From: Vulcanococcus sp.
GTDB taxonomy: Bacteria > Cyanobacteriota > Cyanobacteriia > PCC-6307 > Cyanobiaceae
Reading direction: 5' to 3'
Assembly (NCBI GenBank): GCA_046094445.1
Contig: JBJTHL010000231.1
Coordinates: forward strand, 1-35,596
Length of the DNA: 35,596 nucleotides
Both the position numbers and the translations under genes were made by a program. The notes beneath the pieces were generated by a model. That model was given only the letters and a program-made list of their open reading frames with translations. It made no database searches and was not told the DNA's origin. The stretch's first letter is position 1; each line of letters opens with the position of its first letter. Below are positions 28,370-35,596 of this stretch, piece by piece.

Positions 28370-28964
28370 GCCGCTGGCACCAACCCGCCAGCCAGGCCTC
28401 ATCGCTGCGGCTGAAGCAGCGGGGCGACCAGCCCGCCAGCAGGAGGACGCCCTCCGCACCGATCGGCTGCACCACCACCGATGGGATGGCATCCGGCAGC
28501 CCGCGGAACTCCACACGGCCGGGGTACAGCGCCAGGTTCACCAGCGAAACCGCCCGGCCGGTGTTGCAGGCCCGCTCACAGATCGCCCCAGGGCTGAAGG
28601 GGGCGTCCGCCAGCACACCGCGGCGCAGCAGGGTCTGCCCGCGCCAGTGCAACAACAGGCTGGCGGCCGGGGTGGCGGTGAGCAACATCTGGCTGCCCCA
28701 GCCCAGCTCCTGGCGCAGGGCCTCTGGCAGCTCGGCCGCCAGTTCCAGTCCCTGCTGGCCCTCCAAGGCCACCCGCTCCGGAGCCAGCGGCACGGCTCGG
28801 GTCCAGAGGATCGCCACCAGCATCAAGCCCACCGCCAGAAGGCTGGCCAGCACGTCGGCCCGCTCCAGGGCGGGGCTGAGCTCCTGGGCCGTGAGCTGGT
28901 TGAGCACGCACAGCAGCAGGCCGAGCACACCGGCGGCCAGGCAGAGACGAGCGGCGAGGCCCAT
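28272..28964 (-). CDS. Cofactor assembly of complex C subunit B (CCB2/CCB4 family)
   Basis: Two TM helices, then L.G.QG.EL...LP...RQEL.WGS..LLTAT, LVNL.LYPGR.EF, SVVVQP.G..G.L, PRCFS..DE.W. Confidence 0.8.
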   Translation of the reverse strand: MGLAARLCLAAGVLGLLLCVLNQLTAQELSPALERADVLASLLAVGLMLVAILWTRAVPLAPERVALEGQQGLELAAELPEALRQELGWGSQMLLTATPAASLLLHWRGQTLLRRGVLADAPFSPGAICERACNTGRAVSLVNLALYPGRVEFRGLPDAIPSVVVQPIGAEGVLLLAGWSPRCFSRSDEAWLAGWCQRLRTSLEALPLPAGAGQSPAATPPAIAPAPPAR

Positions 28965-29050
28965 GGGCAGGAGCGGTCTGCGCACACCCTGTCACAGGCG
29001 TGACATCCGCTGGGCAGAACGCTGAAATGGGCGCTGCAGCGCGGTGCGCC

Positions 29051-29476
29051 ATGGCCAGCCAACCCCTTGCCGATGCGGCAGAAGCCTTCGCCGCCATCGC
29101 CCTGGCCGCCGTCGCCTGCGATGGCGAGCTGGCCAGCCTGGAGGCGCGGGAGCTGCGTCAGCAACTGGAGTACCGCCGCCCGTACCGCGATGCCGGGCCT
29201 GAGGCGATGATCGCCCTGCTGGATCGGCTGCTGCGGCTGTTGCGGGAGCAGGGCTGGGAGGAGCTGGCAAGCCAGGCGGCGCCACTGCTCACGGATGATC
29301 AGCGGGAAACGGCCCTGGCCCTCGCCGCCCAGCTCACCCAGGCCGACCATGTGGAATCCAGTGTGGAACAGGGCTTTCTCGACACCCTGGCCCAGCAGCT
29401 GGCGATCACAACGGAGCGGGCAGCCACGATCCGCGAGGTGATCAGGGTGCTCAATCGCGACAGCCTCGCCAGCTGA
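29051..29476 (+). CDS. TerB-family (tellurite-resistance-like) protein
   Basis: EAFAAIALAAVACDG.L...E, RETALA.A..L..AD.....E..FL..LA..L, ending LNRD. Confidence 0.8.
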   Translation: MASQPLADAAEAFAAIALAAVACDGELASLEARELRQQLEYRRPYRDAGPEAMIALLDRLLRLLREQGWEELASQAAPLLTDDQRETALALAAQLTQADHVESSVEQGFLDTLAQQLAITTERAATIREVIRVLNRDSLAS

Positions 29477-29511
29477 AGGCAGACTGGCCTCAGACGTTTT
29501 GATCCGCACCG

Positions 29512-30192
29512 GTGCTGCTGCGTTCTTTCCGCGGCCTATGGGCCGCCGTCACGGCCGTTCTGTTGTTGCTGCCCCTGGCGCTGCCACCGGCGGCGCTGGC
29601 CACGGGCGTGCAGGATTTTCCGGCGACCCTGCCGGCCAGCCGCGTGATCGACGAAGCCGATCTGCTCAGCCGTGCCGCCAGTGCCGATCTGGAGAAGCGC
29701 CTGGAGGCGCTCACCAGCGATCACGTGGACGCCAGGCTGGTGACGCTGCGCCGCCTCGACTACGGCCTCAGCCTCGACGCCCTGGGCCAACAGCTGATCG
29801 ACCGCTGGAGCGCGGTGGGGAGCGATGAGCCCCAGCTGCTGTTGCTGATCGAATCCCAGAACAACAGCGCCGCGGTGGTGGCCTCGCCGGACCTGCTGGA
29901 TCAGCTGCCCGCCAGCCTGCTCTCCAGCACGGCCATCAGCACCATGGGTTTGCCCCTGCGTGAGGGGGCCCGCTACCGCCAAGCCGGCCTCGATGCCCTG
30001 GATCGGCTGGGCGTGGTGCTGCAGGGGGGCGACGATCCTGGCCCGCCCCAGCTGGAGGAGCGGCTGCCGATCGAAACCAACGTGCCCACCCGTGAGGAAA
30101 CGCAAGCCAGCAATGCCTTCCTCTGGGTGGTGGTGTTGCTCGTGGTTGGCACACTGGTACCCATGATCACCTGGTGGGTCTTCTCCCGCTGA
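29512..30192 (+). CDS. psb32: Photosystem II repair protein Psb32 (TPM domain)
   Basis: Signal peptide, VID.AD.LSRA, VTLRRLDYG, G..DPGPP, PT.EET, C-terminal TM ending VPMITWW. Confidence 0.85.
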   Translation: MLLRSFRGLWAAVTAVLLLLPLALPPAALATGVQDFPATLPASRVIDEADLLSRAASADLEKRLEALTSDHVDARLVTLRRLDYGLSLDALGQQLIDRWSAVGSDEPQLLLLIESQNNSAAVVASPDLLDQLPASLLSSTAISTMGLPLREGARYRQAGLDALDRLGVVLQGGDDPGPPQLEERLPIETNVPTREETQASNAFLWVVVLLVVGTLVPMITWWVFSR

Positions 30193-30199
30193 AGCGGCC

Positions 30200-31339
30200 A
30201 TGGGGTTGACCGACTGGATGGGCAGCTTTGAGAAAGCCCGCACAAGTGAGATCAGCCTCGAGCTGGAACGCGCCTATGAGTCGGCGCTGCTGATCCAGAG
30301 CCTGGAGCTGGAGTATTACAACGACCGACCGGTGCGCCCCGAGCTCGAGCTGAGCATCCCGCGCCAGGCACAGGCCCAGATGATCCGCCGCTTCCGAGCG
30401 GCCCTCCAGGTGTGCCGTGCAGCCCTGAGCGAACTGGAGAAAATCCGCTCCAGTCTTGACAGCCAGGAGCTGCGCCAGCTGCAGCTGATCGAAACGGTGG
30501 TGTCGCGCTATGGGGGCGGCAGTCTGCCGAGCATCTCGCGCTCGCCAGACCTGCTCCCCCGCAGTCTGATGGGGGTGTTCGACGGCGTCCGCCGCCAGCT
30601 GGATCCGGATGCGGAGGCCACCGTGGTGGCCGGTTTCCGGCGGCGGCGCGATTCCACCCTGGTATCGCTGCGGATCTTGCTGCTGTTGGTGCTGGTGCCT
30701 CTGGTGGTGCAGCAGGTGAGCCGCACGGTGCTGATCTCACCGGTGGTGGATCGTTTTGCACCGGAGGTGGCCTTCCTCAACTACCCGAAGCCCCATCTGC
30801 AGGAGAAGGCGGTCAACAAGCTGCGGCTGTATCAGGAGGAGCTGGAGTTTCAGGCCCTGCTGGATGGCCGCGAGCCCCCCAGCCGTGAGCAGCTGCACGC
30901 CTCACTGGCGGAGCGGGCTGCCGAGCTGAAGTCGGAGGTGGATGGTGAAGGGCTGGAGGCCAGCAAGAACATCCTGGCCGACCTGGCGGCCCTGGTGGGG
31001 TTCACGCTGGTGTGTGTGTTCGGTCGCCGCGATCTCCAGGTGCTGCGCGGCTTCCTGGATGAGGTGGTGTATGGCCTAAGCGACAGCGCCAAGGCCTTCG
31101 CGATCATCCTGTTCACCGACATTTTCGTGGGCTTCCACAGCCCTGAAGGCTGGACCGTGCTGCTCGACGGCGTCGCCCATCACCTGGGTCTGCCGGCTGA
31201 GGAGAACTTCATCATGTTGTTCATCGCCACCTTCCCGGTGGTGCTGGCCACGATCTTCAAGTACTGGATCTTCCGCTATCTCAACCGCGTCTCGCCCTCC
31301 TCGGTGGCAACCCTGCGCAACATGAACGGTGGCGGTTGA
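30200..31339 (+). CDS. pxcA: Proton extrusion protein PxcA (CemA family)
   Basis: LERAYE.AL.I..LE, YGLSDSAKAF.IILFTDIFVGFHSP.GW, FIATFPV.L.TIFKYWIFRYLNRVSPS.VAT..NMN. Confidence 0.95.
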   Translation: MGLTDWMGSFEKARTSEISLELERAYESALLIQSLELEYYNDRPVRPELELSIPRQAQAQMIRRFRAALQVCRAALSELEKIRSSLDSQELRQLQLIETVVSRYGGGSLPSISRSPDLLPRSLMGVFDGVRRQLDPDAEATVVAGFRRRRDSTLVSLRILLLLVLVPLVVQQVSRTVLISPVVDRFAPEVAFLNYPKPHLQEKAVNKLRLYQEELEFQALLDGREPPSREQLHASLAERAAELKSEVDGEGLEASKNILADLAALVGFTLVCVFGRRDLQVLRGFLDEVVYGLSDSAKAFAIILFTDIFVGFHSPEGWTVLLDGVAHHLGLPAEENFIMLFIATFPVVLATIFKYWIFRYLNRVSPSSVATLRNMNGGG

Positions 31340-31895
31340 GGGGCTGGTGCTCGTCTGCGGCGGCAGCCGCAGCGGCAAAAGCCGCTGGGCCGAGCACCTG
31401 GCAGCTAGCAGTGGCAGGCCCGTTTTATACGTGGCCACGGCAGCCCTGCGGCCCGAGGATCCCTCCTGGTGCGAACGCCTGGATCGCCATCGCCAGCGCC
31501 GCCCCAGCAGCTGGGGCTGCCTCGAGGTGGAGGGTGGCCTCAGCGAGGCGCTGCAGGAGCTGCAGCGGCCCGGCGATCCACAGGGTGACCACCTGCTGCT
31601 GATCGATGCCCTCGGCACCTGGCTGGCCCATCACCTCGATGCCGACCCCGCGCGCTGGCAGCACCTGCAGCAGGAGCTGCTGGCGGCTCTGGCACGCCAC
31701 AGGGCCCCGATCCTGCTGGTGTGTGAGGAGGTGGGGCTGGGGGTGGTGCCGCCCACGGCGATCGGCAACCGCTTCCGCGACCGGCTCGGGGAGCTGAATC
31801 AGCGGCTGATGGCCCAAAGCCAGGACAGCTGGCTGGTGGTGGCCGGCCGCGCCCTCAACCTGCATGCCCTGGCGGTGTCGGTGCCGGAGACCTGA
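31329..31895 (+). CDS. cobU: Bifunctional adenosylcobinamide kinase / cobinamide-phosphate guanylyltransferase
   Basis: GGSRSGKSRWAE P-loop, YVATA, H.QRRP..W, LID.LGTW, EEVG.GVVP....G..FRD.LG.LNQ. Confidence 0.93.
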   Translation: MAVEGLVLVCGGSRSGKSRWAEHLAASSGRPVLYVATAALRPEDPSWCERLDRHRQRRPSSWGCLEVEGGLSEALQELQRPGDPQGDHLLLIDALGTWLAHHLDADPARWQHLQQELLAALARHRAPILLVCEEVGLGVVPPTAIGNRFRDRLGELNQRLMAQSQDSWLVVAGRALNLHALAVSVPET

Positions 31896-31896
31896 G

Positions 31897-32382
31897 ATGC
31901 CCAGGGTGGTGTTGTTCCAGCCGGAGATCCCGCCGAACACCGGCAATGTGGCCCGCAGCTGCGCGGCCACCTGCAGCGAACTGCACCTGATCGAGCCGCT
32001 GGGGTTCACGATCGACGACCGCACCCTGCGGCGCGCTGGCCTCGACTACTGGCCCTGGGTGCAGTTGCACCGCCATGGCGACTGGGCCCAGTTCCGCAAC
32101 GTCCAGCTTGAGCGCGGCGGCCGCCTGCTGGGCCTGAGCCGCCATGCAGCAGACCCCTACCACCGCATGCCCTATCGGCACGACGACTGGCTGTTGTTCG
32201 GCCGTGAAAGCAGTGGCCTGCCAGCGGAGGTGCTGGCCGATTGCGACGCCAGCCTCACCATCCCGATGGCCGGCGCACTGGACCAGGGGGGTGGCGTTCG
32301 CAGCCTGAACCTGGCCACGGCCGTGGGCGTGGTTCTGTTCGAAGCCCTGCGTCAGCTGGAGACAGCCGAGCCACTGGCCTGA
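31897..32382 (+). CDS. trmL: tRNA (cytidine/uridine-34 2'-O)-methyltransferase TrmL (SpoU family)
   Basis: VVLFQPEIPPNTGNVAR.CA, LHLIEPLGF, RRAGLDYW, LLFGRES.GLP, IPM, RSLNLA; ATG at 31897. Confidence 0.94.
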   Translation: MPRVVLFQPEIPPNTGNVARSCAATCSELHLIEPLGFTIDDRTLRRAGLDYWPWVQLHRHGDWAQFRNVQLERGGRLLGLSRHAADPYHRMPYRHDDWLLFGRESSGLPAEVLADCDASLTIPMAGALDQGGGVRSLNLATAVGVVLFEALRQLETAEPLA

Positions 32383-32529
32383 GACCGCTTGCGCTGGTGC
32401 GGGATTAAACACTGGTCAACCGAAAGAGTGACCACGGGCACTTGCAGCCGATGGTTCGGGCCGTTACTCTCGCGCAAACCCGCAGATGTTGGCTTCTCTG
32501 CCGGGACTTGACCTTTGGGCCAGAACTGC

Positions 32530-33594
32530 ATGAAGCCTGTCCACTTTCTGATCACCACCATTGCCAGTACCGCGTGCCTTGGGGCCGCCGGCAGCGTGGT
32601 GGTTCCCTCCCTGGCCGATTCACGCCCTGCCGTGCTGGTGGGCGGCGATCTGGAAGGCCCCAGCGGCGCCGCAGCCGACATGCTGATGGCGGCCCTGCCC
32701 AATACCGCGGATCGGCTGTGGGTGAAGGTGCGCGCCAGCGTGACCATCGAGGAGTTGGCCAAGGCCCTCAGCCAGGACGAAACACGCCTGGCCCGGCTCA
32801 ACGATGTGGATGAGGACCACCACTTCCAAAGCGGCGACTGGCTGGTGCTCCCCAGCCAGAGCAGCCGTCAGGCCAAGCAGCTGGCCTCCCTCGACACCAG
32901 CGAGCTGCGCCGCACCCCACCGCTCGACAGCCCGCCGCCCCCACCGGAACCCCCCCGTGTCCGCTTCGGCGACACCCTGGCCAAGATTGCCGAGCGCTAC
33001 AACGTCACCATCAAGGATCTGCTGAGCCTCAATCCGGGCCTGGAAGCTGCCCGGCTCGTTGTGGGCACCCAGATCCAGGTGGCTCGCTCCACTCCGGGCC
33101 GCAGCCGTCTGATTCTCGGCCTGGCACCCTCCGCCTCCGGCGGTCTCAGCTGGCCCGATCAACCCAGCTTCGGCGATAGCACCAACCCCAATCCCTTCAA
33201 CCCCTACGGCGATCAGGGCTGGATCTGGCCCACCAAGGGGATGTTCTCCTCTGGTTACGGCTGGCGTTGGGGGCGGATGCACAAGGGCATCGACATCGCC
33301 AACAACGTGGGCACTCCGATCCTGGCCGCCAAGGGCGGGCAGGTCTTGTCCGCCGGCTGGAACGATGGCGGCTACGGCTACCTGGTGGAGATTCGTCACG
33401 ACGACGGCTCCATGAGCCGTTATGCCCACAACAGCCGCATCCTGGTGCAGCCCGGCCAGATGGTGCCCCAGGGCTCCGTGATCTCTCTGATGGGCAGCAC
33501 CGGCCGCAGCACCGGTCCGCACCTGCACTTCGAGATCCTGCCCGCTGGCCGCGGCGCCGCCAACCCCCTGGAGTTCCTGCCGGCACGGGCCTGA
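32530..33594 (+). CDS. LysM-domain M23 family peptidase (NlpD-like)
   Basis: Signal-like N-terminus, LysM (GDTLAKIAERYNVTIKDLLSLNP), M23 motifs HKGID, YAHNS, TGPHLHFEI. Confidence 0.92.
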   Translation: MKPVHFLITTIASTACLGAAGSVVVPSLADSRPAVLVGGDLEGPSGAAADMLMAALPNTADRLWVKVRASVTIEELAKALSQDETRLARLNDVDEDHHFQSGDWLVLPSQSSRQAKQLASLDTSELRRTPPLDSPPPPPEPPRVRFGDTLAKIAERYNVTIKDLLSLNPGLEAARLVVGTQIQVARSTPGRSRLILGLAPSASGGLSWPDQPSFGDSTNPNPFNPYGDQGWIWPTKGMFSSGYGWRWGRMHKGIDIANNVGTPILAAKGGQVLSAGWNDGGYGYLVEIRHDDGSMSRYAHNSRILVQPGQMVPQGSVISLMGSTGRSTGPHLHFEILPAGRGAANPLEFLPARA

Positions 33595-33631
33595 TCCACC
33601 GGCATCACAGGGGTCTGAGCCGACCATCGTC

Positions 33632-33637
33632 TACACT
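33632..33637 (+). promoter_or_regulatory. Putative -10 element for tRNA-Met
   Basis: TACACT 11 nt upstream of the mature tRNA 5' end. Confidence 0.4.
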
Positions 33638-33648
33638 GACCTCACCGC

Positions 33649-33722
33649 GGCTCGGTAGCTCAGCTGGTTAGAGCGTGGGATTCATAACCCCAAGGTCGGG
33701 AGTTCAAGTCTCCCCCGAGCCA
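33649..33722 (+). tRNA. tRNA-Met (CAT), elongator type; CCA not encoded
   Basis: Acceptor stem GGCTCGG/CCGAGCC plus discriminator A, D arm GCTC/GAGC, anticodon loop TTCATAA, T arm GGGAG-TTCAAGT-CTCCC; G1-C72 paired. Confidence 0.93.
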
Positions 33723-33729
33723 TTGGCTC

Positions 33730-33754
33730 AAGCCCTGCCTCGGTGGGGCTTTTT
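33730..33754 (+). terminator. Intrinsic terminator after tRNA-Met
   Basis: AAGCCCTGC-CTCG-GTGGGGCTT stem (two G-U pairs) ending in a T run. Confidence 0.75.
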
Positions 33755-33836
33755 GCTGTCAGGGACTGGGTTTTCAGGATTCCCCAGCTGAGACCACTCC
33801 GCTCCGCTTGGGACACGTTGGCGCAGCTTGTAGCCC

Positions 33837-33862
33837 AAACGTGCTGAGTACTCAGCACGTTT
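33837..33862. repeat. Perfect 26-bp palindrome
   Basis: AAACGTGCTGAGT|ACTCAGCACGTTT, flanked by CCC and GGG. Confidence 0.95.
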
Positions 33863-33901
33863 TTGGGGAACACTCAGGGGCGTCTGACGCGCTTCCGTCC
33901 C

Positions 33902-35215
33902 ATGACCGAGATCGCCATGCGACCGCCTCCGTATTGGGAGCAGTGCGTCCATGAGCTGAGGGTGCGCCGGTCGCGTTTCAGGCTGAGGCGCCATGCCGGC
34001 AGCCCGTTCATCTACGTGCGTGAGATGGATGCGGGCCGCAAGCTCAATGAGTTCTCCCTGAAACCCCGGTGCTGGATCAACCGTGACGACATCGAGGAGG
34101 CTCGGGACCTCTGCATTCAGGGCCATCGCCAGGGACGCTGGCCGCAGCCGGATCCCGAGGTCTCAGCCCAGGAACAGTGGACCTGGGCGAGCCTGGCCGA
34201 GGGCTGTATTGCCGATATCAAGCACCGGATCTGCAAGGAGAGCAGCCGTGTGCACGCCATTAACGACCTGCAGAAGCGGATCGCCGTGCTCCGCGGGCCA
34301 GTGGAGGCTGCACGCCTGAAGGCGTGGGCCCTGGAGCTTGACCCGCGCCTGCAACTGAAGAGCTTTAACCGCAGGATCGAGACCCTCTCGCAGGTCCACC
34401 GCAGCGGGTTGCTCGACCTGACGGTCGAGCTCCAGCACCTGAGGGGGCTGAGGCCCCGCGGTGCGGCCGAGAAGATCCGCAAGGCCTCCTCGATGCGAGT
34501 GCGGGTCATCCCATCTGACGAGGATCTACAACACTGGCTGGATCGGCTTGAGCCCTTCCACCAGTGGACCTTCGCCTGCATTGCCACCTACGGCCTCCGG
34601 CCGCATGAGTTGTGGCACGCGGAGGGCATCGATGACCAGGGCTGGATCTCCATCCCAGGGGACATGAAGACCAAGACGGGGGAGCACTTCGCCCCAGCCG
34701 TCCCTGAGGCCTGGGTCGAGCGGTACCGCCTGCGCAACAACTGGGACCGCTTCCACGGCCGGCTGAATGCGCGCTGGACCGTGCGTTTTGCCCAGATCTC
34801 CGGAGTTGAAATCGCAGTGAACAATTCCGCTGTCTCCAATTCCCTCTACAAGGAGTTCCAAGCCAGGGGCCTGCAGAAGCTCTGGGCACCGGTGGCCGAT
34901 GGCGAGGGCATGGATTGGGTCAGACCGTATGACCTCCGCCATGCCTACGCCATTCGCTGTGCCACATCCGCCGAAACGTCCTCGGCCTTCGATGACGACA
35001 TGGCCTGCTGGATGGGGCACGGTCTGGATGTGCACCGCCGCATCTACCTCCGCTGGCTGAGCTCCAGCCGACGCAAGGAGTCCCTGCAGCGACGACGCGG
35101 TGGAGCCAGCAGCCGGAGTCAGGCGGTTGTACCGCCCGACGGCCTTCTTCCGGAGGGCATCACACCCGAACTGCTGGAGATGGCCCTGAAGCTCAAGGCC
35201 GCAGGTCTGGGCTGA
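33902..35215 (+). CDS. Tyrosine recombinase / integrase (cyanobacterial type)
   Basis: ATYGLRPHE (Arg I), KTKTG (Lys), PYDLRHAYAIR (Y-x-x-R), WMGH, VH.RIY (catalytic Tyr); start at ATG 33902 or 33917. Confidence 0.9.
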   Translation: MTEIAMRPPPYWEQCVHELRVRRSRFRLRRHAGSPFIYVREMDAGRKLNEFSLKPRCWINRDDIEEARDLCIQGHRQGRWPQPDPEVSAQEQWTWASLAEGCIADIKHRICKESSRVHAINDLQKRIAVLRGPVEAARLKAWALELDPRLQLKSFNRRIETLSQVHRSGLLDLTVELQHLRGLRPRGAAEKIRKASSMRVRVIPSDEDLQHWLDRLEPFHQWTFACIATYGLRPHELWHAEGIDDQGWISIPGDMKTKTGEHFAPAVPEAWVERYRLRNNWDRFHGRLNARWTVRFAQISGVEIAVNNSAVSNSLYKEFQARGLQKLWAPVADGEGMDWVRPYDLRHAYAIRCATSAETSSAFDDDMACWMGHGLDVHRRIYLRWLSSSRRKESLQRRRGGASSRSQAVVPPDGLLPEGITPELLEMALKLKAAGLG

Positions 35216-35234
35216 GTTGCCCGAGAGCCACTGA

Positions 35235-35531
35235 TCAGAGCTCCGCCTCCCACACCCCAATGCGCGTCAGCCAGGCCTCGGACTGCTGCGATGTCCAGCC
35301 GTGGTCGGCCTCGAGGACATCGGCGATGGTGATCATCAAGTCGAACGTCTCGCTGTCGTAGCCGCCGCGCTGACGGGCGGCACGCCGGAGAGCCTGACCG
35401 AGTTGGAGCAACTCAAGCTCCTCCAGCCAGGCGCCTTGCTCAAACGCGGCAAGGGCATGCCGCTGCGCTTGCTCCTGCTGCTGGTGAAGGGGTTGCGGGG
35501 GCGGAGCTCTGAGCAGTGGCTCTCGGGCACG
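35235..35531 (-). pseudogene. Start-less protein-like reading frame (possible 5'-truncated gene, or a 58-aa gene from TTG 35411)
   Basis: 98 open codons ...QQQEQAQRHALAAFEQGAWLEELELLQLGQALRRAARQRGGYDSETFDLMITIADVLEADHGWTSQQSEAWLTRIGVWEAEL*; helical protein-like composition; not in the ORF track. Confidence 0.5.
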
Positions 35532-35596
35532 TCAGCCCAGACCTGCGGCCTTGAGTTTCAGAGCCATCTCCAGAAGTTCGGGGGTGATGCGCTCCG
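35532..35596 (-). CDS. 3' end of a probable second, convergent tyrosine recombinase paralog (partial)
   Basis: Minus strand encodes ...ERITPELLEMALKLKAAGLG*, versus ...EGITPELLEMALKLKAAGLG* in the first integrase. Confidence 0.72.
   Translation of the reverse strand, partial: ERITPELLEMALKLKAAGLG

Larger units (their letters stand above)
33723..35596. mobile_element. Left end of a putative genomic island integrated at tRNA-Met
   Basis: Tyrosine recombinase 180 bp downstream of a tRNA 3' end, where the run of housekeeping genes stops. The right boundary is not in the window. Confidence 0.75.
35151..35596. repeat. Long imperfect inverted repeat (35151-35258 vs 35596-35489)
   Basis: Manual ungapped alignment: 60/65 identical over the coding part, and the downstream blocks TGCCCGAGAGCCACTG and TCAGAGCTCCGCC are shared. 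Confidence 0.95.

Noticed and set aside
29051-29476. TerB protein as part of a tellurite-resistance or anti-phage island
   Set aside because: It is a single gene embedded among core photosynthesis genes with host-like codon usage and no other ter genes.
32400-32529. Hairpin TGGTCA-ACCGAAAGAG-TGACCA upstream of the M23 peptidase, resembling a c-di-GMP-I (GEMM) riboswitch
   Set aside because: It lacks the GCAAA/GGAAA and second-stem consensus. An Infernal scan would settle it, but it is not supportable by eye.
33649-33722. Initiator tRNA-fMet or tRNA-Ile2 identity for the CAT tRNA
   Set aside because: G1-C72 is paired (fMet has a 1-72 mismatch), and the GGCTC.GTAGCTCAG start matches cyanobacterial elongator Met. 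Ile2 is not fully excluded without a covariance model.
33682-34126. Minus-strand ORFs 33682-33873 and 33728-34126 as an excisionase or repressor
   Set aside because: They overlap the tRNA, terminator or integrase and show no HTH-like pattern.

Overview
High-GC picocyanobacterial chromosome segment (Cyanobium/Synechococcus-like, judged from apcD, psb32, pxcA, ccb and the gene order). Positions 1 to about 33.6 kb look like core genome: the 5' part of cobN (running off the left edge and absent from the ORF track), ilvE-metH, small conserved genes, a gpsA-phzF-spoIID-Ap4A phosphorylase operon, a SigF-type sigma factor, DUF3370, an RHH+J-domain protein, a 0.9 kb structured intergenic region, apcD, rlmD, pheT, rpmG-rpsR-RNase II, an FAD oxidoreductase, metG, lptC, ccb, terB-like, psb32, pxcA, cobU, trmL and a LysM/M23 peptidase. 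An elongator tRNA-Met(CAT) at 33649-33722 marks the probable left edge of a genomic island. It is followed by a perfect 26-bp palindrome and a tyrosine recombinase. At the right edge lies the 3' end of an apparent second, convergent paralog of that recombinase, differing mostly at synonymous sites. The two copies form an inverted repeat of about 108 bp or more around a 230-bp spacer that carries a start-less, protein-like reading frame. Gene calls rest on motif recognition only; no searches were run.
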